Assembly (NCBI GenBank): GCA_951406725.2
Contig: OX597818.1
Span: 27,920,001 to 27,982,000 of the forward strand
Source: Octopus vulgaris
Taxonomy: Eukaryota
Direction of reading: 5' to 3'
DNA length: 62,000 nucleotides
The notes below the pieces were generated by a model. That model ran no database searches. It was given only the letters and a program-made list of their open reading frames with translations, and was not told where the DNA came from. Numbering within the stretch: position 1 is the first letter of the stretch; each line of letters begins with the position of its first letter. The translations under genes were made by a program, and so were the position numbers. Below are positions 23,221 to 37,365 of the stretch, in pieces.

Positions 23221-23786
23221 GCAAGTATTTTACAAAGCCACAATTATTTAAAAAAAATATTTACAATTCAATTTTTATTTTTAGAATGGTAAAATTGTTC
23301 AGTTATATATTTGATTTTATTCCATTAGAATATTGTTGGACTTTGTTCTTTTTATGTATATCAATATAACTTTCAGGAATGGTTTGAAATGTAAATATTT
23401 AAGAATTATAGTTTTAATAAATTATATAGTATCAAATTTTCTCAAAAGAACTGAAGCTGTTTCCAAGTAAATTTTAAGCATGCATTTTATATAGTGAAAT
23501 AGTTTCCCTATTGAGTTTTCTTATTATTTAGTTTGTTCCATTTCAACTGCATAATCAATATTCTTTTTACTCTCTCTTTTACTTGTTTCAGTCATTTGAC
23601 TGTGGCCATACTGGAGCACCACCTTTAGTCGAGCCACTCGACCCCGGGACTTATTCTTTTGTTAGCCCAGTACTTATTCTATCGGTCTCTTTTGCCGAAC
23701 CGCTAATTAACGGGGACATAAACACACCAGCATTGGTTGTCAAGCAATGCTAGGGGGACAAGCACAGACACACAAACACATACATG

Positions 23787-23830
<44 letters not shown>

Positions 23831-25219
23831 TACGACGGGCTTCTTTTCAGTTTCCGTCTACCAAATCCACTCACAAGGCTTTGGTCGGCCCAAGGCTATA
23901 GTAGAAGACACTTGCCCAAGGTGCCACGCAGTGGGACTGAACCCGGAACCATGTGGTTGGTAAACAAGCTACTTACCATAGGGCCACTCCAAAATACAGC
24001 AAATTAACTTATCAGGCAAGAACATCAAATATTTCTTGTTACAGTAATTCAAATTATAAAGATATGCAATTTTGGCATATGAATTATTTGTTTTTTAAAT
24101 GTTATAATAGATCTTTCCAAAAATATTCCTAAAACTTTCAGTAGCAAGTAATTTTCATTTAAATTTTATATCATGTTATATTTGTTTAGAAAGAAAAGAA
24201 ATGTCTATATCATGTTTAGCTCTGTATGAAAGACACTTTGTAACATAAAATGTCTACCACTTCTGATGTCTTGAGATTCAAGGTAATGTAAGAACTGATG
24301 AATAAAGATTATCAGTATAATCTTAGAAATACTGACTGCTTCTGAGCAGCATTGGAGAGATTGTCTTTAATGGAGATGGCACACATTTTGGATTAAGTCA
24401 TGTTTGAGAAATAAAAATTTCTAAACTTATCAAGAATAAGTCAATTTGCAAGTGCAATTTCAGGGTGATGTTTAGGATAATATCAGATAATGAAAATTGC
24501 TTCCTAAATTATCACAAATCTCAAAATCTCTTAGGTGGGATCTAATACAGGCTATATAAACACAGTTTCTTTGAAAATATTTCTTTTTATGTTACACATT
24601 GGTCACTTGTTTTTGATCAAATATATGAAAATAATCAGTAAGTAAAACTATCTACTTTTAGATAACACTTGAAACTATTAGCTTGAATTGCTAGTTTTAA
24701 GTGATCAAAGGCTTTATTGTACTTAAAAGCCATAGTAGTAATATCTTAAGTAATGAGTTGAGCTGAAAAAAAGTAACTGACTGTGTGTTTGTTATGTGTA
24801 GGAAGTTAAACTGGATATGATATTAGTAGCTAATATGACAGATTTGACTGCCATATGCATATGTCCCTGTTATCTTGATCAGGTGGAGTGTGATGAGACA
24901 ATGTTAGAGGATCTTCTGGAACCATACATTGTAAAATATGCTATGGTTGTTGTGTAGAGGTTGTAATTGAAGGGCTGGTAAGAGTTCGTTTGACAACTAG
25001 GGATTCTAATTTGGAGGTGAAATGGTACAGATGCTTAGAATTGTCAATGTTTTAGCCTTAAATACTAGCAGAATCAGTCTGAAAGTAAATTCGGTCATTG
25101 AATTGTATAGTTTACATTTTATTATTTCCATTTATTTTTTGAAAACTTAGACACCTTCTGTTTCAAATTTATGATATACATTGTTATTTTCGTTAGTAAT
25201 ATTATTATTTTTCCATCAG

Positions 25220-25528
25220 TGAAACCTATTTTCAGTTCAAGATCAAACAATCCCAAAACGAGAAATGTTGCAATTGGAGAATCTGTAATTTTCAAACAGT
25301 GTTTTTATTCCTATCCAAAATTTGATGTAAAATGGCAAAAGAATGAGAAATTAATTGACTCCAACAAATATTTAATAACTGATTATTTATCAAGTGAGTT
25401 TCCTTTCAAAGGAAGCTGTGCTAGTTTAAAGATAGAAGACATTAAAGATAATGATTTTGGCACCTATACCTTAACAGTGGAAAATACCATAGGGAAAAAA
25501 GTGATTATTTTTGCCATGAGACTTAAAG
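25220..25528 (+). CDS. IgSF receptor, Ig domain 5 exon (membrane-proximal, I-set-like)
   Basis: Acceptor tttttccatcAG, donor AAG|GTAAGT at 25529, phase 1-1, 309 nt. VKWQKN..SLKIEDIKDNDFGTYTLTVENTIG. Confidence 0.88.
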
Positions 25529-26476
25529 GTAAGTTGTTACATGTTTGGAATTATTCTTTAGTTACTTAAAATATTGTTTCGTGCTATATGGAATTATTTA
25601 GAATTGATTAATTCATTGTGAAGTACTTAAGGTTCTGCTTTTAGTCCATGTGTTAGAATTAGCTGTATGTTATAAAGATGATTATCAATTTTAGCTTTCA
25701 TTCTTGTTTAAGCACTTTTAGATTTGTAGGTAAACATAATTTCTTTTTCAGAAATATTCTAGAAAATTGCTGGTCACAAAACTTCCACTGGCAAACCATT
25801 CCCTGAACTCTGATAATGAAGTTTTCTGGTCAATTAACTATTTATTCTTAGTTTGTTCATTTAAATATTTTCGACATAATTAGAGTGAAGTTGATTTCAA
25901 TGTGGTAAGATTTCTAGTTGAATTATGTGGACATAAAAATAACTTATAACATAGATGATAATTCTATCAGTATGGAAAGAACCAGAGTGCAGGAATTTGG
26001 CAGTGTTTGATGCTGTGGATCTCAAAATTTGCATAGCATCATACAGGTGGATGTATAAGGGCAAGCCATTTCTGTTTAATTACATATGTGATGGAAAGGA
26101 AAATGAAAGAGGAATGAAATGATGGTCTAATAAGGACACTCTGAGGAAAAAGTAGAAAGAAGCTTTTAGGTATGATCTGAAAACACTGAGCCTTATAATG
26201 CATTACTAGAATGCACTACAGAACATATTTATAGTATTTTTAACAAACACTTAGTGTTACAATGTTTGTAAAGAAATTGACTGTACAATATCTGATATAA
26301 AAAAAAGATGCACAACTGTATGTACATTTTATTGTTTTTGAAGCCTTCAAGTAGCAACTGTGTACCCCAACATCCATTGACCTTAGAATATGTGGCAAAT
26401 AATTAGTGAAAAATTCTTCATAACCCTTTATATTTTTAATGTATTAATGCAAGGTCTTTTTAATAAATCCTTTCAG

Positions 26477-26578
26477 AAATTATGGAAGTCCCTTTGAGAA
26501 TAATTATTGGTTGCACTGTAGGAATTGTATTATTAATAATTTTGGGGCTTCTTATTTATAAATGCCACAAAAAAAGAG
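26477..26578 (+). CDS. IgSF receptor, transmembrane exon
   Basis: Acceptor cctttcAG. EIMEVPLR-IIIGCTVGIVLLIILGLLIY-KCHKKR is a hydrophobic span followed by a basic stop-transfer segment. Donor GAG|GTTGGT, phase 1-1, 102 nt. Confidence 0.85.
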
Positions 26579-26809
26579 GTTGGTATGTTTTACACATTAT
26601 AAAGGTTTGTTAATTAGGGATATATATTCTTAAAACTCTCCTGCCTGACCAGGCATGGTTAAACAGATGTTGAAAGTTGTGTATGTATGTGTGTCTGTGT
26701 TGTGTGACTCAATACATACATACATACATACATACATACATACATACATACATACATACATACATACATACATACATACATACATACATGCATGCATGCA
26801 TGCATGCAT

Positions 26810-27290
26810 ACATATTAAAAATTGTTCAGCATATCCCAAAACACCCTTCTTTCCACCAGCCTGTTCATCAGTCACAATGTTGTTTGATTCACAATGGTCC
26901 TGATTGAGGCAACATGTGTACAGTTTGTACATAATATTTAGGCAAGCAATGAGCCTGTAGCTTTCTGCCATCTCGGTGATTTCCTTTTTGGCCACAAGAT
27001 TTGTCCTTGTAGCAAGCAAATGTGGTATATCAGTCTGAACTTCCATAGTCCTTCTGAACATACATATCAATAGGTTTCTATAAAATGACAGCTTCTTGTA
27101 TCCATATTCGACTATTAGGTCCCTTCTAGGTGCCTTCCCATTCTGCAGTTTGCCTACTGCTATTGCAAAGGTTTCTGCATCAATTTTGTGTGCTTTACTG
27201 TAAGTGTTGGTACAGTATTCTCTCTCAGTTGTATTTAACCATGTTGAAATTCCTCTTTTCATTCCAAATTTTTGACCAGAATGATTGTAG
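26810..27290 (-). mobile_element. R4/Dong RT N-terminal fragment
   Basis: NGKAPRRD..SYRLIACLNIMYKLYT..EQAGGKKG. Confidence 0.75.
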
Positions 27291-27569
27291 ATCTTGGGAG
27301 GGAGCTATATATATATATATATATATATATATAAGATATGAAATATAAGCCATGCTGTGTAGCCACCCTACTCTTTCTTCCTAGTAAATCTACATGCCCT
27401 TCTTGCATACTTGCATACCCCCTTTACCTCTCCTCATTGTTGGCCCTTAATTTGGATGTTGTATGGGATTAAGGAAATTGTAATTCATTGAATAAACTAT
27501 ATACCAAAGTTCTGTGCAAGCTGACATGTGCTTGTGCAGATCTTCTTTTCAGGTGTTGACAAAGGTCCT

Positions 27570-30500
27570 ACAACGACTGCTTTCCAACTATCACTCCTGA
27601 ATACACAATTTTATGACCACTACCATCAACATTGGTGCAATGAAAGGAAGGTCTGGTGAGATTATTGAAATGCTGGAGCATCACCATGTCGATGTGGTAG
27701 TGTGCAAGAAGTAAGATGGAGAGGAGCCTCTACTAGATTTCTCATGGGTAAGAAACAGAGGTTCAAATTCTTCTGGGTAGGCAGGAGTGATGGAGTGGGT
27801 AGTGTTGGCACACTTTTAGCAGAAAATTAAGTAGAAAAGGTAATTGAATTAGTCAGAATATGTGATAGGGTTATTGAGCTGAGACTTATCATAGATAAAT
27901 TAACAGTTACATTTATCTCTGTATATGTTCCACTGTCTGAGCTGGTTGATGACCAGAAGGACCAATTTTACGAGGTTCTTCTGCAGACTACCTCAGTGAC
28001 AAATGACAGTGACTTAGTTATTGTAGCTGGTGACAACAGTTAAGGTGCATGGCTCAGTGGTTAGAGCATCGAGCTTATGATCGTGAGGTTGTGAGTTGGA
28101 CCGGGCTACGTATTGTGTTCTTGAGCAAGACACTTTATTTCACGTTGCTCCAGTTCACTCAGCTGTAGAAATGAGTTGCGACATCACAGGTGCCAAGCTG
28201 TATCGGCCCTTGCCTTTCCCTTGGATAACATTGGTGGTGTGGAGAGGGGAGGCTGGTATGCATGGGTGACTGCTGGTCTTCCATAAACAACCTTGCCCGG
28301 ACTTGTAACTGGGAGGGTAGTCATGACTGAAGGGGGTCTCAACGACTACAATGAACATACTGGGCAGCATGGTGCACATGGTGGTTATAGCTTTGGTTCT
28401 AGGAATGAGGAGGGAACAAGGCTGCTGGAGTTCCGTGATGCAAATAATCTCATGATCTGCAACACTAGCTCAGAAAATCAGACTGCTACCTAATCACTTA
28501 TCAGTCTGATGGGCACATAAGCCAGATTGATTACCCCCTCACTAGACAACAAAATAGACAGATACTTGCAAATGCAAAGTGTTTCCTTGGTGGAGAGTGT
28601 ACAACCCAATATAGGTTACTAGTAAGTGACTTCAGAATTAGAGCTCGAATGACTCTGAGAAATAAACCATTTTGGAAAAGAAGATTATGGAAGCTCAAAG
28701 ACCCAGCAAACTGACAGAAATTTAGAGATAGTCTAATGGAAGCTTTTGACAAAAGAGAGGTAAGTTGGGAACATATAGCTTAGTGAACAATTGGAAGTTC
28801 TTGCAGGACAAACTACCAAAGTCTGCTGGCCAATTCTGTGGTTGGTGTAAAGTTCCATCTAGGCTTATGGTGATATGATGGTGAGTCAAAAAGGTAGGCA
28901 GTCCGATCAAAGCAAAGAGACTGTCCTGGAAAGACTGGAAAAATAGTGGAAGCAAAGAATTATATCAGGAAGCAAGAAGGGAAGCTAGGTGACAGGTTTA
29001 AATAGCAAAAGGAATAGCAGAAGGTAAGAAGTTTACCAATGTTTTACAGCATAAGGATCAGAGGCGTGAGGTGTTCAGGATTGCAAAGCAGTGTATCAGA
29101 GAGAATAGAGATGTGGTGAGTGAGAAATGTGTGTGAATGGATAATGGTACATTTGCTCTTAGTAACTCAGAGAAGAAAGATGCATGGAAATGCCACTATG
29201 AAAGGTTACTAAATGTGGAAAATGCATGGGAGGAGAGACTTTCAAATGTTGAATCAACTGAGAGACCAGCATTAGTATTGATACCAGTATAATAGATAAG
29301 GCAATTAAGAATATGAAGACAGGGAAAGCCATCAGAAATCACTGCCGAGATAATTAAAATATCTAGCAGTGTAGGATATGGCCTAGCCAACCATATAGTT
29401 AATCAGATTATTCAGGAAAGCATCATCCCCAATGACTGATGTAGTAGTATTATAGTTAGCTCATACAAGGATAAAGGTGATGTCTTAGAAAGAAACAACT
29501 ACAGAGGTATCAAACTGCTGGACCAGATCATAAAACTTACAGAAAGTTTTATAGCTCAGTTGATTAGGAATAGAATTATATTAAATGAGATTTAATTTAG
29601 TTTTGTATCTAGGAAGAGTACCACAGATGCCATTTTCCTAGTGAGGCAGCTGCAGGAAAGTATTTGGTTAAAGTAAGCCATTGTACTTGGCTTTTGTTGA
29701 CCTGGAGAAAACTTTTGACAGAGTTTCCCACTCTCTCATCTGGTGGTCTCTAAGAAAGTTAGGAGTAGATGAGTTAATTGTTAGAGCTTTACAAGCCATA
29801 TACGGTGGTGTTGTCAGTAAGGTGAGAGTTGGCCATAAATACAGTGATGAGCTTAGTGTACAAGTAGGGGTTCATAAGAGTTCAGTTCTCAGTCCATTCT
29901 TATTCATCATAGTCCTCCAGATCATAACAGAGGAATTCAAAACTGGATGCTATTGACCTTGCTCTTATTGCAGATTCTGTAGCAGAATTGGAGAAGAAAT
30001 TCCCGGTATGGAAATAAAACTTAGAATAAAAGGGTCTTAAAGTTAATCTAGCAAAAATCAAAGTCGTTGTCAGCAAGAAAGCAGATAAGACTTTCTTTCC
30101 ATCAGGTAAATGGCCCAGTTCAGTATGTAGGAAAGGAGTTGGAAGTTATTCCATTTGCTGCATATAGCTTATGGATACATAAGAGGTGCAGTGGAATCAC
30201 AGGCAGGTTAACAGATAAAGTTGTCTCAAATGCCCAGGATGCTTTCTCGCTTGAGGTTGTAGATAGTTTTTGTTACCTAGGTGACCAAATTAGTAATGGC
30301 AGAGGATGTTCTGAAAGTATTGTTTAGAATAAGAATAAGGCGGAGAAAGTTCAGAGAGCTATTACCTCTGTTGGCAACAAAAAGACTCTATTTCAGAGTG
30401 AAAGGTAGATTGTATGATGCTTGTGTGCAAACAGCTATACTTCATAGTAGTGAGACATGGGCTCTGAACGCAGAAGAGATGCATAGACTAGAGAGGAATG

Positions 30501-31080
30501 AAAGCAGTATGCTGTGTTAGATATGCAACATCAGTGTCTATGTACAATAAAGCGCAAATGTGCTGAGAGAAAAGTTGTGAATTAGAGAAGTCAGATGCAA
30601 TATGCAAGAGAGAAGGCAACGTTGGTTTGGACATGTGGTGCATATCAATGATGACAGCTGTATAAAGAAGTACTGATCACTGAAAGTAGATGGCACCCAT
30701 AGAAGAGGGAGACCCAGGGAGACATGGGATGAGGTGGTAAGGACCAATCTCAGGATGCTGAGCTTCACAGAGGAAATGACAATGGCCTGAGATGTCTGGC
30801 AATATGAGGTTCTTGAGAAGATACCACCCACTTCAGCAAAACCGAGTCCTAGAAGTGCTGTGTGTTCTACCTACATGTAACAATAAAGCTTTTCACACAC
30901 CCTACCTCAACTACACCTTTTCTCTTCCTCACATTTCTTCTTTCCATGCACTATGCTAATCTCTCACTCTCCAATTCTGTCATCACTTCTCTGCTCACTG
31001 TATCATTGCTATTCTGCAGTCCCCCCCCTCTTTATTTACCCAAGTTTCCCCAGTAACTGTCTTCCCTACCCCATACTCTT
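27570..31080 (+). mobile_element. Degenerate RTE LINE (APE + RT), interrupted by a SINE
   Basis: GRSGEIIEML, GTRLLEFRDANNLMICNT, YLAFVDLEKTFD, FRELLPLLATK. Many stops. Confidence 0.88.
28045..28320 (+). mobile_element. tRNA-derived SINE family C (head-only copy at 45794-45910)
   Basis: A box tggctcagtgg, gtgttcttgagcaagacacttt core. Inserted in the RTE relic. Confidence 0.75.
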
Positions 31081-32228
31081 TACATTTTTGTGAAGACTAG
31101 TCCCTACTCACACTCCTTTGACAATATCCTACTCTTTTTTATGATTTTCAGTCATGAAAATCTGTCATCACACTCACACATTTTTTTTTTTTGTGTGTAT
31201 GTATGTTTATATTATAATGGAAAAAACTGCTTTAAAAGTACTAAAAGAAAGCAATTATTAAAGGGTTTACCATCTGGAAATATCTTTATAAATCCATGTT
31301 CTAAGAAATTTCCTATAATTTCAATTACTCAAGTTTCTTGAATTTTTTAAAATTCCAATTTCTCGCAGATTTAAATATTCATTGCATTCACTGTGTCCAA
31401 TTCATGAATTTAAATATTCATTGCATTCACTGTGGAGTATTCCTTTCTCATTTGCAAGGTCTCTCACTTTCTCTTTTAAGTTTTCATTTCCTATTTGGAA
31501 AACCAACAGTTTATTCTGTTAATGTATATGTAATTTATTATTTATTGAATGAAACATTTTTAGATACCCGTTTAATCTTTGAATACAGGATAGCTGTAAG
31601 AAGAGCCTAGAAAGTTGGGTAGTTTCTATTAGAAGATGAAGAGAAAAAAATATACATACATATATAACAATGAATGAGTCATTTTATATGGAATATTTAA
31701 TTTCTCCATCTTACATATATTTGATTAACAAAAGGTGATATTTTGTTATCTAATGAAAACACACACTTAAAATCTTCAAAGATGTGTAAACTTTATGTGT
31801 AATGTTTCTGGATTGTTGAATTAAATATTATTGGGGAGATAACACTTAACTGTGTTCAATTGGGGAAGCAGTTTATATTCAGTATTTGATGAGAGAAAGC
31901 TACAGAAAAAAAACCACCCAGAAAAGGAGATGGACTGGAGATTAAATATTGCCAGAGAGAGAAATAAAACACTTTTTGATTAACAATTTTATTGTTTTTT
32001 ATCAGTTGTCTTTCTTCCTTGCCAGTTAATGTTAGTGGGAAGAGGTACAAACACACACAAAATAAAACTAATGACTAATATATATTGTGTATACATCTAC
32101 ATACACCCAAACATATGCATCAGTATGCGCATATACCTCCAAATATACATACATATATCCATACACACATATACTCTACTGGGGCAACCACTACACACAG
32201 ATATAGGTGTCTTGCAGTAGAGAAAGTA

Positions 32229-32443
32229 TTGGGTTGTCCAGAAAGTTCATGCTGATTTATAGTAGCTTACCTTTTGACTTACCCTCCCAGGCACCTCAAT
32301 TTTGGGAAGAGGGTATTTTCAAGTTAAAGGAAAGATGGTGCAACAAAATGGTTCATATTTAGTTGATTAAAAATGTAATGGCAAGTGTTTATTGACCTTT
32401 TTCTTTCCTTTAAAAATTGGAACGAACTTTCCAGACAACCCAA
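32229..32443. mobile_element. mariner-type MITE
   Basis: TA|TTGGGTTGTCCAGAAAGTTC ... GAACTTTCCAGACAACCCAA|TA. Confidence 0.85.
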
Positions 32444-32818
32444 TACTTTGGTTCCTTCAGTTGAAGAGAGAGAGAGAGAGATAGAAAGAGAAGAGAGAGA
32501 GTGGAGAGAAGAAATGTTGGTGTGATGGTGCGAGGTGCATTCAAGTGACATAGAACCAAAAGAGTGGATGGGTAAGTTTGTGAGACTGCAAAAGAAGAGT
32601 GGGAGATGAATGGGAAGAACTGTATCTCATGTGGGTGTTAAGAGAGATTGGAAAAGCTGTTTCTAAATCTCACCATTATGGAAAACTGGAGATAAAATTT
32701 CTTCTGATAAAATTATGCCATAACTAATGATAGTTATGTTTGAAATAGAAAATTGTTACTCTTTCTAGAAGTGTTTGATATTGACAATTTTTATACAAAT
32801 CATGTTTACTTTTTTCAG

Positions 32819-32837
32819 GTGTGAAACACAATAAAAA
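32819..32837 (+). CDS. IgSF receptor, 19-nt cytoplasmic microexon (GVKHNK)
   Basis: Strong acceptor tttactttttttcAG and donor GTAAGT at 32838. In frame after the TM exon, phase 1-2. Confidence 0.65.
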
Positions 32838-33773
32838 GTAAGTACATAACATTTTTATCTGTTGTTTATTTGAAAAGTTGAGAGAAAATTTCTTTCAAAA
32901 GATTAAACTTTTATCTTTCATCAATCAGTAGGTTTACCTCGTAATATACCTGCCAATGCTTTGGCAATTTACAGAAAGGTTACAGTTTAGTTGAGGTTAA
33001 AATGCATTTGAAATCTTCTTCTGTACATATTGCTGAAAATGATATTAGCTATCAACTAATAATGTTTTTCTTTTACTGCTTTTCTAAATATACTTATGCA
33101 TTTCGATGTTTTGATAATTAGATATGCTTTTAATTACATATTTATGTAATTATCACTTGGGTGGCATTTGGTTTGAATTTAATCAGTCAGTATATTATCT
33201 TGTGTGTCTAGAAACATATTAGAAAAGCTCTTATTTGCATTGAAATTTTCTTTGTTTCTTTAATATAGCTTCTATTTGAAAAACTTCATTGTTTCTTTCT
33301 ATAAGTAGTGGAACAAGGAAAGCATATTAGAAAAGAGAGTAGGCAGGTCTCTTTTGAAAGATGTAACGTACAGTTACAGAAGTGTATGCTCTCATAATTA
33401 ATGACTATTTAGATGAAAAAGTGAAAAGTTCTGTTGCAGTTCTGATGTGCATCAAGGTTGACAACTAGAGGGAAACTGTGTTTGCACATTAAATAAGGCA
33501 TCAGAAATAAAGGATTTGGTGATAGATGAATAAAAGAGATGAGTCCAGGACTACAGAAATGTTGAGGTGGAAATGGATGGTAACCATGTTAAAGTGTAGT
33601 ACAAAGTTAATCTCATCACTTACAGAAATAATTGGGCCCCAAGAAAAATATTTTAAATGCTGATCAAATCCCTTTTTAAAAATTGAGACTAAGATTTCAC
33701 TTAGAAGTCATTTAAGCAGAAGATATCAACAAGGAAGAGGGGGAAAATATTCTTGTCAGAATAAAATAATGAA

Positions 33774-36700
33774 TTCATCATTATCGTTTAACGTCCGTTT
33801 TCCGTGGTAGCACAGGTTGGACGGTTTGACCGGGGTCTGGGAAGCCAAGGACTGCACCAGGCTCCAGTCTGATCTGGCGGTGTTTCTACAGCTGGATGCC
33901 CTTCCTAACGCCAACCACTCTGCGAGTGTAGTGAGTGCTTTTTAAGTGCCACCGGCACAGGTGCCAGGGGAGTCTGGCATCGGCCATGATTGGTTGGTGC
34001 TTTTAACGTGCCACCGGCACAAGAACCAGCCAGTCGAGGTGGCGCTGGTATCGGCCACGTTCGGATGGTGCTTTTTACGTGCCACTGGCACAGAAGCCAG
34101 ACGAGGCAAGGCTGGCATTGGCCACGTTCAGATGGTGCTTTTTATGTGCCACCGGCACAGGTATCACAACTACTATTTCCATTGATATTTATTTCGATGC
34201 TCATGTACTTGACTCAATCGGTCTCCTCAAGCACAGTGGGATGTTCTGAAATCCAAGGTACTTTGAATGGGCAGGGGCTATGCGGGACTGGTGCAGGAAG
34301 CAGCCTGGGTCTTTGCAGTCACAGCATATCTCCAGAGATCTCGGTCCTTCGTCATTGCCTCTGTGAGGCCCAACGCTCTGAGGTCATGCTTGACTACCTC
34401 ATCCCATGTCTTCCTGTGTCTACCTCTCCCCCTGATACCTTCAACTGTTTGGGAGTAGCACTTCTTCACACATCTCTCCTCATCCATCCGCAGTACATGA
34501 CCATACCATCGCAAGCGTCGCTCTTGCACACTACATCTGATGCTTCTTATGTCCAGCATTTCTCTCAGGGTACTTACCCTCTGTCGTGCATGCACACTGA
34601 CATTACACATCCAGCGGATCATGCTAGCTTCATTTCTTTCAAGTCTACGCATGTCCTCTGCAGTTACCACCCATGTTTCACTACCGTGAAGCATGGCACT
34701 TCACACACATGCCTCATACAATCTACCTTTCACTCTGAGCGAGAGACCCTTTGTCACCAGTAGGGGTAGGAACTTTCTAAACTTTGCCCAGGCTATTCGT
34801 ATTCTAGTGGTGACACTCTCTGAGCATCCACCTCCACTACTAACTTGGTCACCCAGGTAGCAGAAACTATCAACTACTTTTAGTTTCTCCCCCTGGAGTG
34901 TGATGGGATCTGTTTTCTGAGTATCTGTGGTGTCTATTGTCCCTGTGTATCTGCCGCAAATGAAAGCTATCTTATCAGTTAATTTCCCTTTGACGTTGCT
35001 GCATCTCTTATGCGTCCATAGCTTACACTGGGTACATCTTATGGAGTTTCTACCTACACCTTTCCTACAGATCGAGCAGGGCCACCTGCTCGAAGGTGTG
35101 TGTGCTGAGTTTGCCTTTCTGCTTACTATAACTTTGGCCTTTGCTATATTGACTGTAAGGCCCTTTGATTCTAACCCTTGCTTCCACACCCGAAATTTCT
35201 TTTCTAGTTCTGGTAGTGATTCTACTATGAGAGCCAGGTCATCAGCATAGGGGCAACCTGTTTTGAGTTCCTCTGTTATTGCCTGGAGGACTATGATGAA
35301 TAAAAGGGGACTGAGGGCTGAGACTTGGTGTACACCTACTTCTACCCGGAATTCTTCACTATATTGCCAATTCTAACCTTGCTGACAGCCTCTCTGTATA
35401 GGGCCTGTACAGTCTTTATTAGCCATTCGTCAATCTCCCGTTTCTGCATCGACCACCAGATAAGGGATCGGGGGACCCTGTCAAAGGCTTTCTCCAAGTC
35501 CACAAAAGCTATGTAGAGGGGTTTATCTTTAGCTAGGTACTTCTCCTGCAGTTGTCGGACCAGGAATATAGCATCAGTGGTGCTTCTACCCGGCACAAAA
35601 CCAAACTGCATCTCATCTAAGCAAATTCTCTCCCTAATGAGATGGGTTATGACCCTCTCTAAGACCTTCATCACCTGACCCAACAGTTTAATACCCCGGT
35701 AGTTATTTCTATCTTGAGCATCACCCTTACCCTTGTAGCAGTTGACTATGGTGCTGCTATGCCAGTCATTGGGTATGACTCCATTATGAACTACCTGATT
35801 TACAATGCGGGTGCCTAGGCCATAGACAACATAACCAGCTGTTTTAAGCATCTCAGCAGTGCTTCTTGAAGGGCCGGGGGCTTTACCTGGTTTCATACCG
35901 TTAATTGCCTTAACTACAAGGGAGCTCTCTATTCAGATAGCTGGTCCCTCTACTGGGTCAACATTTGGCAGGCTCTCCTCCTCCCATTCATTCTCCACAT
36001 TCAGCAGTCTTTCATAATGGCTTCTCCAAGCCTCTTTCTTTTCACCATCATTAAAAGCAAGTGCCCCATCATCCATGAGGACACATTTCTCTCCTGTAAC
36101 ATCACTATTTTCTCTCACACACTGTTTAGCAATCCGAAATACCTCAGTTCTTTGGTCCTCACGTCGCTGGACATTGGCAAACTTCTTCTTTTCTGCTACA
36201 TCTTTGGCTATGTATACCTGCCACCCAGCCTCCTTTTTGGCTGCCTGGTACAGTTCTCTGCTACCCCCATCCCACCAGGCTTTCCAGGCCTGTTTCTTTG
36301 CACTAATGACTTTGTCTTCTACACTATTCCACCACCACGTAACTCTAGGTCTGGAAGGGACTTTGCACCATCCACAGACTTGGTCTGTGGCACTCAGCAA
36401 GCTGTCCCATAGGAATTTCCAGCTACCTTCTATGTCCGACGTCTGTAGCTCCTCCTCCCTCTCATCAAATTTCTTGATGAGGATGTCCCTAAATCTCTGA
36501 CCATGTGAAGGGTTCTTTAGTTTCCAAATCCCTCTTTTCTGGATTGGTCTGTTTCTTGAAATCCTTCTGGCCTCAAGCCTAAAGTCACTAATAATTAGCC
36601 GATGCTGAGGGGTACATCCTTCACCCGGGAGGGTCTTTGTATTTAAGAGCAACCCTGCATCCCGCTGTCTGGTGAGGATGAAGTCTATTTGGCTAGCGGA

Positions 36701-37365
36701 GTCTCCTGACTGATAGGTTCTAAGGTGGCAGTCAGGCTTCCTGAAGTTAGTGTTGCAGATTAAAAGGTTACATGCATCACAGAATTCCAGTAGTCTAGTT
36801 CCCTCATCATTTCTGGTGCCACTACCATGGCCACCATGTACCCCAGTGAAGATACCTGATTCCCGCCTAACATGCCCATTAAAATCTCCACCCACAAAGA
36901 TGAGGTCCTTGCCACTCGTCTTTGAGGTAGCCTGTAGAAGGGTATCATAAAAGTGGTCCTTCTGATCATTTGGTAGCCCCGCATGTGGGGCATAGGTGGA
37001 GATAATCGTAGCTGTGCCACTCTGGAGGACTAACCTGAGCTTAAGCACTCTATCGCAAACCCTGACAACCTCTATGACCTTATCCACCCATTTCTCTGCA
37101 AGGAGAATGCCTACACCCCCTACACCATCCATGTTACCTTGCCAGAAGACTTTATACCTATGTACCTTGCCTGTGAGGACCCTAGCTGAAGCGCCTCTCC
37201 ATCTTACCTCTTGTATGCAGCATACATCATCCCGTCTTCTCTCAAGCATCTCTACAATCTCACTAGACCTACCTTTCAGTGTACCAGCATTGACAGTGCC
37301 AACTCTGAAAACTGGGAAGGTAATGTGGTAGGGAGGGGTGCAATTCAGCGCCTGAAAAGAAGAGG
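33774..37365 (-). mobile_element. RTE-clade LINE, near full-length (APE + RT), disrupted
   Basis: ORF pieces CCIQEVRWRG..GDFNGHV..SQIDFIL, NNYRGIKLL..FVDLEKAFD, YADD, LLVTKGLSL, RLRWYGHVLR. 3' tail ggacgttaaacgat(gat)n. Confidence 0.95.

Noticed and set aside
24295-24335. CTGATGA + AAGATTAT/ATAATCTT + GAAA
   Set aside because: The stem is out of register with the core, and there is no stem III, NUH or stem I.
33925-34165. CRISPR-like repeat-spacer array
   Set aside because: Degenerate repeats with related spacers inside a eukaryotic LINE 3' UTR, and no cas genes.
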